A stretch of DNA of 64,000 nt from Balanoglossus misakiensis (lineage: Eukaryota > Animalia > Hemichordata), in contig CM082589.2 in the NCBI GenBank assembly GCA_040954595.2, positions 11,730,894 to 11,794,893 of the forward strand, read 5' to 3'. Made by a program: the position numbers and the translations under genes. The notes below the pieces were generated by a model. That model was not told where the DNA came from. It saw only the letters and a list, made by a program, of their open reading frames with translations, and ran no database searches. Positions 37,415 through 50,700 of this stretch are shown piece after piece. Each line of letters opens with the position of its first letter. Positions within the stretch are counted from its first letter, which is position 1.

Positions 37415-38852
37415 TAGTCCTGTTTCATAAGTCAGGTCCATGACATATGTACCGACATCTGTGATTGGTCCATCTGGTAATCTTAGGTCCACTTGCGGCA
37501 CGCTGATTGGAGGGACCTTATGTGTTAGGTCTTATTATTTTGTATTATTCACTAGACCTTGTAGGTTAGGTCTTATTACTATGTATTATTCGCTTTACAG
37601 CTCCCTGATTTGTTAATGTGTAGGTCTGGTCCTCCAGTGTTCACTGCCTCATTATGCAGGACCTTGTAAGTTAGGTCTTATTAATATGTATTTATTCAAT
37701 TTTCAGCTCCCTGATTGGTTAATGTGTAGGTCTCCAGATTTCACTGCCTCGTTATGCAAAGTCTTTTGTACTTTCTGAATACAGTTGTTGTATTCTGTCT
37801 GGCATGCTGCCTGCGCGTGGTCGAAGCTCGATCCCAATGTATAAAGAAAGGCACTCATATACTGATTGGATTTCACCTTTTCCTTCACTATTCATGGCAT
37901 TTTATGTGATACTGTGAACTAGATACTCGAAATAAAAATTGCCAGGAGAAATTTAGTATTTTATTTCCAGGGGCGGTTTGTTGAAATGGGCTAGTGTTTT
38001 GTTACGTAATGTCTTTCAGCGCATCACTTTGTGGAACACCTGGCTGAATACGAAGTGTGTGCTATTCATTCGAGCAAACCAAAAATTGTTTAGAATAGCA
38101 TTGCATTTCTTTGGGATACCTCATTAGTTGCTTTGCAGGTATGATAACTTTTATTGTACTTCTTTCACGAAGCTGCACCGTCATAGTTCCATTTTTATGA
38201 AAACAATATAGGAATGTATAAACGGACAACGTGGTCCTTATCACAACATCTTCGTCAAAACAAATTTACTTTAAAATAGTAATAACAACAATAATAAAAT
38301 TGATGATGAGAAGTAGGAGGGTGATTAAAAAAATATACAACTGTTAGCAAAAATGCTTAGATGAGTAAATCAGATTGTCAAAGTCCATCTAAATGATCAT
38401 TTAATCTTTCCAGGGTGCGGTTTATGTTGGAGATAGTATCAGTCAGGCTATTTCTCAGAAAATCAATGAACGATCTGCGGACAAACCGAATAATGTGTTA
38501 CCACAACGCTAGCCAGGAAGCACATGGGACATTTCACAATGAGGCAGTGAACACTGGGGGGACCAGACTGACACGTTAACCAATCAGGGAGCTGTATGGT
38601 GAATAAATACATATTAATAAGACCTAACCTACAAGGTCCTGCATAATGAGGCAGTGAACACTGGAGGACCAGACCTACACAATAACCAATCAGGGAGCTG
38701 TAAAGTGAATAATACATAGTAATAAGACCTAACACATAAGGTCCCTCCAATCAGCGTGCCACAAGTGGACCTTAGAGAAGCGGATAAACCAATCAGAACA
38801 TGCAATACATGTGCATAGGACGTGTAATGTAGGTCATTTTGAAACAGGACTA
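37415..38852. mobile_element. Non-autonomous TIR DNA transposon (Academ-like TAG...CTA ends), 1.44 kb
   Basis: Termini TAGTCCTGTTTCA / TGAAACAGGACTA. Long imperfect inverted arms at ~37485-37745 and ~38545-38775. No transposase ORF. The satellite resumes in register after it. Confidence 0.88.
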
Positions 38853-41800
38853 GTGTGACGGAGATTTAGCCGAGCCAGGCCGTAGAAAAATCGACTTGTT
38901 CAACGTTACCAGTGTGCAACTGTTTCTGCTCTAGAGTGTCAGGGTTTTAGCCCACTTAAGCTGTAGGAAATCTGAGTTGATGGACGGGAATTCAATGTTA
39001 GAAAACCCGTGTGGAAAGTATCTCTACCCGTTTGAAACTAAGAAAAGAATTTATTCTTATTTATTTTGTAAAAAAGACAATTTTTCGAAAAAAGTCGAAA
39101 ATGGTAATTTTGTCTTGGGTGATTCAAATTATACCGCCTTTTCTGGAATTTGCAGCTCTTTTTACAAGAGAACGACACTTCATGCTCCATAATATTTCCG
39201 AAAATGAAGAAAAGAGTTAATTTTTTATGATTTTTTAAACATTTACCATTTTTGTCAAAATATGGCCAAAATGGCTATTTTTTCTTGAATTCCGTCAATA
39301 TCTCTGCATTTTTGGAGTGGTCGAAAGTTTTAACATACAATCAACATGTCATATATGATCAGGGCACCAAATTCGAAGAACAAAGGTTTTTTTATTTTTC
39401 TAAAAATGACATTTTCAAGGAAAATTTGGTAAAACGCAATTTTGTCTGCAGTGAGACAAATTAGACGGTCTTTTGTGGAATTTGTATCGATATATACATA
39501 CGAAGAGCATTCTATACTCCATCAGATTTCCGAAAATGTAGAAAACAGGTATTTTTGTAATTTTCAAAAATTTACCATGTTGACCAAATTGTGGCTAAAA
39601 TTTTTATTTTCGTGTTGAATGCCGCCAGTGTCACTGCTTTTAAAAGTCATAAAAACTTTTAACATACAAGCAATTGTTTATATATGATCAGGTCACCGAA
39701 TTAAAAAAAATAAAGAATGTTTTGCCTAAAAATGACCTTTTTGGTGCAAAAACGAATAAAACGCAATTTTGTATTAAATCAACTCATTCAGAGTGCATTT
39801 TTTATAATCAGCACCATTTATACATATAATGGAAATTTCATACATCATCAGATATCCAAATATGAAAAAATGATTTAGATTTTAGATGATTGTCCAAAAT
39901 TAGCTGATATCTAATAAATGTAGTATTGAACCGTTCTGTTCCCCCCCCCCCCCCCCCACATTATATGCGGTCCGCCGATGTCAGCTTACCCGGCAGTACT
40001 GCAGGCCGTGCCCCCAACTAACGTCGGTGTTTGAAAAACCCTGGTTAAATTCGGGCTTTCTCTATAAATTTACGGGCAATAATGCAGTCCTACCCGAACA
40101 AATGTCGAGTGTTGACCCGCTGTGACTTTCCCTCTTCGGTTTGCCCGACTTAGCCAACGTCTTTGTACTAGAGTGTCGGGTCTTTTGCAGAGCCAGGCCG
40201 AAAGAAATCCGACTTGATCACCGTTGCTAACGAACGCTAGTGTCTGTCATGGTGTGCCGGGGTTTCAGTCGAGCCAAGCCGTAGGAAATCAGACTTGATC
40301 AACGTGGTCTCTGTACGCGTGTTTCCGCTCTAAATTGCCGGGGCTTCAGCTAAACCAGGCCGTAGGAAATCCGACGGAATAACCGTTGATAACTTACGCC
40401 AGTCTGTGTCATATAGAGCCGGTGCACCAGCCGAGTCACGCCATAGGAAATCTGACTTGATCAACGTGGTCAATGTACGCCTGTTTCTGCTCTAGAGTGC
40501 CGGGGCGTCAGCTGAGCCAGGCCGTAGGAAACCCGACGTGATTACCGTTGTTAACTTACGCCAGTCTGTGTCCTATATATAGTGCCGGGGCATCAGCCGT
40601 GCCAGGCCGAAGGAAATGTGAGTAGATCAACGTGGTCTCTGTACGCGTGTTTCTGCTCTAGAGTGCCAGGGCTTTAGCCAAGCCATGCCGTAGGAAATCT
40701 GACTTGATCAACGTTGCTAACGAACGCTAGTGTCTGTCATAGTGTGCCGGGGTTTTAGTCGAGCCAAGCCGTAGGAGATCAGACTTGATCAACGTGGTCT
40801 CTGTACGCGTGTTTCCGCTCTAAATTGCCGGGGCTTCAGCTAAACCAGGCCGTAGGAAATCTGACTTGATCACCGTTGCTAACGTACGCTAGTGTCTGTC
40901 ATATTGTGACGGAGATTTAGCCGAGCAAGGCTGCAGAAAAATCGACTTGTTCAATGTTACCAGTGTGCAACTGTTCCTGCTCTAGAGTGTCATGGTTTTA
41001 GCCGATTTATGCTGTAGGAAATCTGAGTTGATGAATGGGAATTCAATGTTAGAAAACCCGTGTGGAAAGTGTCTCTACCCGTTTAAAACTAAGAAAAGAA
41101 TTTATTCTTATTTATTTTGTAAAAAAAACAATTTTTCGAAAAAAAGTCGAAAATGGTAATTTTGTCTTGGGTGATTCACATTATACCGCCTTTTCTGGAA
41201 TTTGCAGCACTTTTTACAAGAGAACGACACTTCACGCTCCATAATATTTCCGAAAATGAAGAAGAGAATTAATTTTTTAAGATTTTTTTAAAATTTACCA
41301 TGTTTGTCAAAATATGACCAAAATGGCTATTTTTTCTTGAATTCCGTCAATATCTATGCATATTTGGAGTGGTCGAAAGTTTTAACATACAATCAACATG
41401 TCATATATGATCAGGGCACCAAATTCGAAGAACAAAGGTTTTTTTTATTTATTTTTTCTAAAAATGACATTTTCAAGGAAAACTTGGTAAAACGCAATTT
41501 TGTCTGCAGTGAGACAAATTAGACGGTCTTTTGTGGAATTTGTATCGATATATACATACGAAGAGCATTCTATACTCCATCAGATTTCCGAAAATGTAGA
41601 AAACAGGTATTTTTTGTAATTTTCAAAAATTTACCATTTTGACCAAATTGTGGATAAAATTGTTATTTTCGTATTGAATGCCGCCAGTGTCACTGCTTTT
41701 AAAAGTCATAAAAACTTTTAACATACAAGCAATTGTTTATATATGATCAGGTCACCGAATTAAAAAAATAAAGAATGTTTTGCCTAAAAATGACCTTTTT

Positions 41801-43077
41801 GGTGCAAAAACGAATAAAACGCAATTTTGTATTAAATCAGAGTGCATTTTTTATAATCAGCACCATTTTTACATATAATGGAAATTTCATACATCATCAG
41901 ATATCCAAATAATTTAGATTTTAGATGATTGTCCAAAATTAGCTGATATCTAATAAATGTAGTATTGAACCGTTCTGTTCCCCCCCCCCTACATTATATG
42001 CGGTACGCCGATGTCAGCTTACCCGGCAGTACTGCAGGCCGTGCCCCCAACTAACGTCGTTGTTTGAAACGCCCTGGTCTAATTCGGGCTTTCTCTATAA
42101 ATTGACAAGCAATAATGCAGTCCTAACCGAACAAATGTCGAGTGTTGACCCGCTGTGACTTTCCCTCTTCGGTTTGCCCGACTTAGCCAACGTCTTTGCA
42201 CTAGAGTGTCGGATCTTTTGCAGAGCCAGGCCGAAGGAAATCCGACTTGATCACCGTTGCTAACGAACGCTAGTGTCTGTCATGGTGTGTCGGGGTTTTA
42301 GTCGAGTCAGGCCGTAGGAGATCTGACTTGATCATCGTGGTCAATGTACGCGTGTTTCAGATCTAAAGTGCCGGGGCTTCAGCTAAACCAGGCCGTAGGA
42401 AATCCGACGTAATCACCGTTGATAACTTACGCCAGTCTGTGTCCTATATATAGTGCCGGGGCATCAGCCGTGCCAGGCCGAAGGAAATGTGAGTAGATCA
42501 ACGTGGTCTTTGTACGCGTGTTTCCGCTCTAGAGTGCAAGGGCTTTAGCCAAGCCATGCCGTAGGAAATCTGACTTGATCAACGTTGCTAACGAACGCTA
42601 GTGTCTGTCATGGTGTGCCGGGGTTTTAGTCGAGCCAGGCCGTAGGAGATCTGACTTGATCATCGTGGTCAATGTACGCGTGTTTCCGATCTAAAGTGCC
42701 GGGGCTTCAGCTAAACCAGACCGTAGGAAATCCGACGTAATCACCGTTGATAACTTACGCCAGTCTGTGTCATATAGAGCCGGTGCACCAGCCGAGTCAC
42801 GCCGTAGGAAATCTGATTTGATCAACGTGATCAATGTACGCCTGTTTCTGCTCTAGAGTGCCGGGGCTTCAGCTGAGCCAGGCCGTAGGAAACCCGACTT
42901 GATCAACGTTGCTAACGAACGCTAGTGTCTGTCATAGTGTGCCGGGGTTTTAGTCGAGCCAGGCCGTAGGAGATCTGACTTGATCAACGTGGTCTCTGTA
43001 CGCGTGTTTCTGCTCTAGAGTGCCGGGGCTTTATCCAAGCCATGCCGTAGAAATTCTGACTTGATCACCGTTGCTAA

Positions 43078-44453
43078 TGATACCATTGAATTTGCACCCC
43101 TCAGAGCATAGTGGAATGACCCCGCCTATATCGTATATTTGATACATTTTTGATTACTGACTTTACCTGTTTATTGTGATTACGCAATTGAAGTAGTCCG
43201 CAGGTGTTGACTGTATTTCTTGTGAGGTATTCGATTTCGAGTTATGATGTTTCTGTATGAAAGCTCTTTTATTGTTATTGATCGAATATTTGCTACTGGA
43301 AAGTTGAATTTGTTCCGTCCAGGCAGTACCGCGTGTATTCAGTCAAAGGTTTGGCGGGTGTAATACGGCGATGAACTAGTGAGTAAAAAGGGAACTTTTT
43401 AATATGGCCGTTGTCCGATTGTATTGACGAGAGTGGAATCTCCACAAAAATCCGAACCATCGGCAGAATCGTACGGCGAAATTGCATCTTGAATGGGAAT
43501 CGAGGAGAGCCGGATGTTAACTAACATTATTTGAGCTAGTCTTCGTGAGATCCCTACGTAAGAAGCATTTCATCGACTATTTCGAACGACAGGTCTGCTG
43601 TACCTGAACGAACCATTGTTATTGTCACGCTGATTACTGAGACACCGATCGCCGAGATCCAACGATTACGGGTACTCGCGCAGGTTTCTCAACGTCGATG
43701 CTTCACGAACTGAAAGCTGATGTAAGTACGATCTCATTAACGCTAATCATGTAAAATCGGACTGGATTTGATAAACTTACGGCCTTTCTAGGTTCTTCGA
43801 ACCACGGCGTGTGGGGAATGCAATGAGCCGCATTGTTTGACCCCCAACGTCTACAAACTTTGAACGAATCATATACGAGCAGGAACACTCGACCCTACGA
43901 TCGATTTGCCGATCACGGAACTGATCAGCGCTTCGTCATCAAGCTCCGCTTTACGCCTGGATACACTCGGAGCGTTTGCGACGAGCGAACTTTGAGATAT
44001 TTGCATTGATTGTTAGAGGATTCTCTCCGTTGGATTTTGGAAGCGGATCGACGCGACTGTTGAGTGCGGGACAGCGCCCTCATCGCCAGAACTCGATTGT
44101 GCGTCACGTTCGTTTATAAACTGTTGAACTTTGACCGGACTCGCGGCAGGTTGTGCCACGCCAGTTTTCTTCAGGAAGGTGTTACTTGTTAATGAAACAG
44201 GTTTTGATAGAGCTCTTGTTACATCTCTGATGTTGATAGACTTACTATTAATTATACTTCTTTCATTGGATATAAAGTGTCTTTGTGTCATTTTGTCCAC
44301 ACCCCCTTCACTCGCCCTGTGTTCCCAAAGCTACCGCAATCACCACGAATCCTACGACCCAACTCACATGAACGAAACTTGTTGATTACCCTTGTCGAGT
44401 TTGCTCACGCCCAGCTAGCCCATCGTTTTTATTGGAATTTTGCAAGGGTAACA
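43078..44453 (+). repeat. Gypsy-2 5' LTR
   Basis: Direct repeat of 51564-52940. Confidence 0.96.
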
Positions 44454-44455
44454 TC

Positions 44456-44477
44456 TGGCGCCTACCAACGTGGGGCT
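44456..44477 (+). promoter_or_regulatory. Primer-binding site, tRNA-Lys(CTT)-like with 3-nt insertion
   Basis: TGGCGCC-TAC-CAACGTGGGGCT versus the canonical tRNA-Lys1,2 PBS TGGCGCCCAACGTGGGGC. Confidence 0.75.
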
Positions 44478-44770
44478 GGATTGGAAAGTTTTCCCAGTAG
44501 AGTTTTGTCATTTTACTGTTTCTTACAAATTGACAACAGGGAAGGACGACATTTTGATTAAGCCCATTGAGGTTTGGTTTTGCGGTCGAAAACACAGGAC
44601 GAGCAGGGTTGGACGAGTGATACACTTATTGATCGAGCAGGAAATTAAGTACATGTGCCATTGCCTTTGATTTATGGAACACCGACCATTCATAGTTTCC
44701 AAACGCTTTCAATTTTTGTGAGTGTTATTGTAGACTCGAGTTATCGACAGATTGCTCTCGAATTTGAAAC

Positions 44771-47700
44771 ATGGAGGACGCACAAGAAACTGTTGTTAGG
44801 GTGAAGAAAGAGGAAGATGGCGAGGTGAGTATGGCAGCGAAGGGGGGCCCTGAATCTGACCCAAGGGATAAAGAAAATGACACTACTGATGATATTAAAG
44901 GGGATAAGTCTGTTGAACATGGATCAATGACAATGACACCCACTGGGGGAGGCAGCGTTTCTAAATTATCCCAGGGGACAATACCTAAACGGGGAGGTGG
45001 CCGAGGCGTATATTCTCCACTTAGGGGCCGATTGAGGAAACCGGCAGGTGTGCACCCGCAATCTTTGAAAGATTATAGTTTGACAGAAAGCGCGGCACAA
45101 TTTGATGATGAGCGCGAACGGTTAGTCGAATTGGAAAGCGAGCTAAAATCTCTTCTTGAGCGTGAGCACAGACGCAATAGAGAAATCGAATCCGAGGTTT
45201 CGCCACAGCATAGTAGTAACAAAACCGAGGAACGTCATGAGTACGAGCCGACACATCGAACATTTGCCGAAGTGAATTATACAGCACCACGGGTACCGAA
45301 CTTTACCGGCGACCATAAAGGCAAGGATAGTATGTCATATGAGTCCTGGTTGAGGGAGGTACAGAGTATGAGACAGAGTGGCGTTCATAGCGATCGCGTA
45401 CTGCGACAGGCCGTTCGGAAATCCATACGTGGTGAAGCGAGTGAGATCATACTAGGTTTGGGAATCGACCCGTCCATTGAAAAGATGTTGAAACTAGAAA
45501 CTGTGTATGGTGTAGTTGTGTCTACGGCTACATTGAAGCGGCAGTTGTACAATGATTTTCAGAAGGAAGGTGAGTCAGCAGCGTCATTTGCATGTCGCGT
45601 CGAGATAAACCTGAGACGTATATATGATCGCGGAGGTGTCCGCGAGAGCGAAATGGATTTGATTCTGCGTACTACCCTGTGGGAAGGACTGACAGACCTG
45701 CGAGTGAAGGACATCGCCAGGCATCGGTATGAAAATGCCAAGAATTTTGATGAGTTGCTACGGATCATCCGTGTTGCTGAACAAGAAGTACAGGGAGCGC
45801 ATGGACGGAAAACTGGAGAGAAGTTGGAAGATAGGCGAAAGAAGACAAGAGGACATAGAGCGGTGAAGCAACAGCAGGAAGTGTCTGAGTCGGATTCCGA
45901 CAATGAAGAGCGTTCAAACAAAAAGAAACCACGTGACCACGAAAGTGATGAAATGTATGTTAAAATGACTGCGATGTTGAAAGCGATGCAATTACAACAG
46001 GAACAGGTGAAGTTGGCTATGGAACAGCAACGAAAGGAACATGCCGCTGGAATGGAAGAGATCCGGAATGCTCGTGCAACAATGATGGTCTCATCAAACG
46101 GCGTGTCTCGACCACGTGATGTTGCCGCACGGATTTCACAGGAACCAGACTCGAGACGAGGAACCCCAAATCAAAGTGACGAACGAAGTGGAAACAAGAG
46201 TGGAGAAAAGCCATTCACTTGCTACAACTGCAATGGGGAAGGTCACATGTCACGTGAGTGCAAGCAGCCATGTGGTAGATGTAAAGAAGAAGGACACACC
46301 TCTGCAAGTTGCCCAAAAAGAAAACGCGCATCTGTGAAAGCCAAGAGCATGACGGGAAGACGACGATGTGAAAAGAACCCAAAGAGAAAAGGTAAGCCAA
46401 GATCCATTGATGGACGGATTGTTGGTCCATTGAATGAGCAGTACGCCTTTGTGAATGGAAGGAAATGTTTGGCTCAAGTGGACACAGGATCACAAGTTAC
46501 CATGATCAGTGAAGACTACTATCGTCGATACTTGTCCGATGTGGCATTCACTCCGTTGGATGAAGTTCTCGAGATCGCAGGTGTAACTGATGATGTTGTA
46601 CAGTACGTTGGTGTGATAGAGGTTGAGGTTAGCTTCCCTAGTCACGTCTTCAATGATGATACCACTTTCAGTCTATTGGCACTGGTAGTGAAAGGAACTG
46701 AGAACAATGATCGAGTGCCGGTGTTGGCGGGAACCAACTGGTTGAATCGTTACATGACGATGAAGATGTTGAACGATGGTGGTAGGACAATGAGCAGGAT
46801 GAAGCCAGTAGCGAGAAGGGCTATTGCAACCCTACGCGCTCGTGAACAGTTCTATGGACCATACGGAAACATGGGAGTAGTGCGAGCGGCAGTAAGCGAA
46901 CGGGTGACACTGGAGCCACGTACTGCACATACCATTCGAGGGAGCATGAAGGCTGGTCCCAAAGGAGAGAAACATGAAGTGCTGTTAGGTGATGACTGTG
47001 ACTGGAATGAACACAAAGGATGGACTCTGAACCCTATGGTGACGATCGCTGAATGTGGGAAACGCTCGTCAGCCGTGCCTGTGGTAATAAAAAATGAAAC
47101 TGACAAACCCATCGTCATCAAGCCGAGACAGGTTGTTGCTACAGTGAAGGCGGTACGAGGAATAGAAGTGCAGCCGCGAAGGGACACCAAGGATAATGGA
47201 ATTCACGACGAACCTTTGGAAGCGAGAGAGGTGACGGTTGGAGGATTGTCCTTTGATGTGACCGGTTCACCGGTTGACCAGGATCAGATGATAAAGATAC
47301 AGGATGTTCTGGAACGTAACATTGGATCATTTTCGACCAGTGACGGCGACCTAGGAAGATGTACGATCCACAAACATGAGATCAACTTGAAAGATGAACG
47401 TCCAGTCAAACAACCGTATCGTCGGATTCCTCCAGCTTTATATGACGAGATCCGAGTGCAGATAGGAGGAATGTTGGACAATGGGGTGATACGACCATCA
47501 AAAAGTCCTTGGTCTTCTCCTCTCGTCCTTGTGGCAAAGAAAGACGGAACCACTCGTATATGTGTAGATTATAGACGTCTGAATGCGCAGACGACTCCTG
47601 ACGCGTATGCTCTACCTCGTATTGAGGAGGGACTGGATGTTTTGAGTGGCGCGAAATGGTTTACATCGATCGACTTAAAAAGTGGATTTTGGCAAATAGC

Positions 47701-50700
47701 TATGTCGGAGAAGGACATCCCAAAGACAGCGTTTGCCACCCCATTCGGTTTCTACGAATTTGTTGTAATGCCCTTCGGACTCATGAACGCCGGAGCTACA
47801 TGTCAACGCGTCGTGGAACAATGTATAGGAGATTACAACATGAGGATTTGCATGGTCTACATGGATGATGTGATTATCTTTTCTGAAACATTCGAGGAAC
47901 ATGTGGACCGAGTTGACAAGGTTCTCAAGCGACTACGAGAATGTGACTTGAAGATAAAACATACCAAGTGTCAGCTTTTTCGCGAAAAGATAAAGTACTT
48001 GGGACATGTAGTGTCGTCAAATGGAGTTGAGACCGACCCCGACAAGACGGAGGCATTGAGGACATGGCCAGTACCCACCAACGTGAAAGAGCTGAGGACA
48101 TTCTTAGGATTTACGGGGTATTACCGTAGATTCGTACAGGGATACTCATCGATTGCCCGACCATTGCACGCTTTGACCGTAGGTTACCCAACGAAGAGGA
48201 AAAATGGGGGAGAAAGGAAACGACCACCCCCATACCAGTGGACAGATGCGTGCCAGGAAGCCTTCGAGCTGATCATTGACAAGCTGACTTCAGCTCCGGT
48301 TTTGGCCTACGCCGACTATACGCGACCGTTTGAGCTTCACACAGACGCGAGCTTGACAGGACTAGGAGCTGCCTTATACCAGTCAATCGAAGAGGCAGAT
48401 GGACGAGAAAGACTGCGACCAGTTGCGTATGCCAGCCGGAGCCTCACTGCCAGTGAGAAGAACTACCCGGCCCACAAGCTGGAATTTCTGGCTTTGAAAT
48501 GGTCTGTTACGGAAACGTTTCGTGATTACTGCTTTGGCAATGATGTCACGGTATTGACCGACAATAATCCACTGACATACGTAGCAAGTACAGCGAAACT
48601 TGATGCGACAGGACAGAGGTGGTGGAATGCTTTATCTCAGTATAAATTGAAGATTCACTACCGACCCGGCCTAAGGAATGGTGATGCGGACGGGCTCTCG
48701 CGACGACCCGATGGCAGGGCTCAAGGATTTGATGAGTCTGAGAGACGTTTCCAGGAAACTGTAGCGATGACTCCTGATGAGGTGCAGGCAGTGGGGGAGC
48801 CATGTTTGTCTGATGGAGATGAAGATACACCATGGATTGAAGCCTTAGCTGCCTCAGCACGAGCGATACCAAAGGACATGGATGAACCGCCGGGGATGCC
48901 AGGAGAAGCAACATTACCTACGATTGCGATGGACCAATGGGCGAAGTTACAGGACAGGGATGTGACCGTACGGCGCATACGAGCCTTGGTTCACGCGAAG
49001 ACTGGGGGTAAAGGTAAACTGACAAGGACACAGCGAGCACAGGAACCGCGAGAAGTCAGAATGGCACTGAGAGATTGGAGTAAGTTCTGTTTCCGTGATG
49101 ATGTTTTGTATAGAGCGAGGACATCATCTAGTGGAGAGGTCTACTACCAATTGGTGCTACCACACGAGTTTCGCCAGGAGGCAATGAAAGGGGTGCACGA
49201 CGACTGTGGACACCTGGGACAGGATCGAGCGATTGATTTATTGAGGGCTAGGTTTTATTGGCCTCTTATGTCAGCTGATATGAAGAAATACATTCGTACA
49301 TGCAGGAGATGTACTCGAAGGAAGGACGAGGCGGGATTAAAGACACGTGCTCCGATGGTGAGTATTGAAACTTCACAGCCCCTCGAACTTCTATGCATGG
49401 ATTTCTTGAGCCTTGAAGAGAGTAAAGGAGGGACCAAAGACCTGTTGGTAATTACTGATCACTTCTCGAAGTTTGCTGTAGCCATACCTACACCGAACCA
49501 GACCGCGAAAACGACAGCCAAGAACCTATGGGAACACTTCATGCTACCATATGGATGTCCGGAACGAATCCTGTCTGATCGTGGTCGGAATTTTGAGTCG
49601 CGAGTGATACAGGAATTGTGCCAGTTACTAGACATCAAAAAGTCACGTACCACGCCATACCATCCCCAAGGAAACGCTCAGACTGAAAGATTCAACTGTA
49701 CTCTCCTTAATATGTTGGGTACGCTCGAGAACGAGCAGAAGGCTAGATGGAAGGATTATGTGAAGCCGTTGGTACATGCGTACAACTGCACTGTTCATGA
49801 CACGACGGGTTTTACACCTTACCACTTGTTGTTCGGAAGACATGCGAAGATAGCACTGGATGTGCGATTCGGAACGTCACCAGAAAGCAGGGATCCTACG
49901 ACGCCGACAAAGTATATCGCCGACTTGAGATCCAGGATGGACAAAGTATTTCAGATTGCGAAACGAGCTGCAGAGAAGTCAGCCCAAGCGAGTAAAGAGC
50001 GCTATGACCAGAAAGTTAGAGAGGTGGTGCTTAAAGAAGGTGATCGAGTGTTACGCAGGAACGTGAGTATACGAGGTCAACACAAGATCGCCGATCGGTG
50101 GGAGGAAAGTCCATATGTTGTGGTGAGAAGGCTGAGTCCTGATTTGCCAGTATATGTTATACGTTCAACGAAAACCTCGAAGACACAGACGGTCCACAGG
50201 AATTTGCTGAAACCTTGCTGTGATCGACCGCTGTTGAGTTATACAGAAGACGAAATGAGTGAACGCTCTCAGGATAGGGCCATTCCTGAGAGTACGGAGT
50301 CGGAACGAAGTTCATCCTCACAGAGTGAACGAGGCTATGTGCTCAATCCTGAATCGCGACCCTTTAGGCCTGGGAGAGTTAGACCTGTGCGCTTAGAAGG
50401 TACAACTGAAGTTACCCTTAATTCTATGGACAGAAGCGACAACGATGCATGTGTGAGCGTGGAGCAAGATTCTCCTGAACCGAGCATGATGGATATGAGC
50501 GATTCTTCAGGGCAGGTGCAAAGCCCTGATGATCCTGTAACAGGCTTGCGTGCAGATAGTATGGACGTATCGTCTGCTGGGAAGTCCGATGGAATTGCTG
50601 ACAGAGCAGAAGTGACACATCAAAATATTCCTCTGAGTGATGTAGGTGTGAATATCACTGATGCGTCGATTAGTAGTGGAAATGTAGGAACTAGGAAAGA

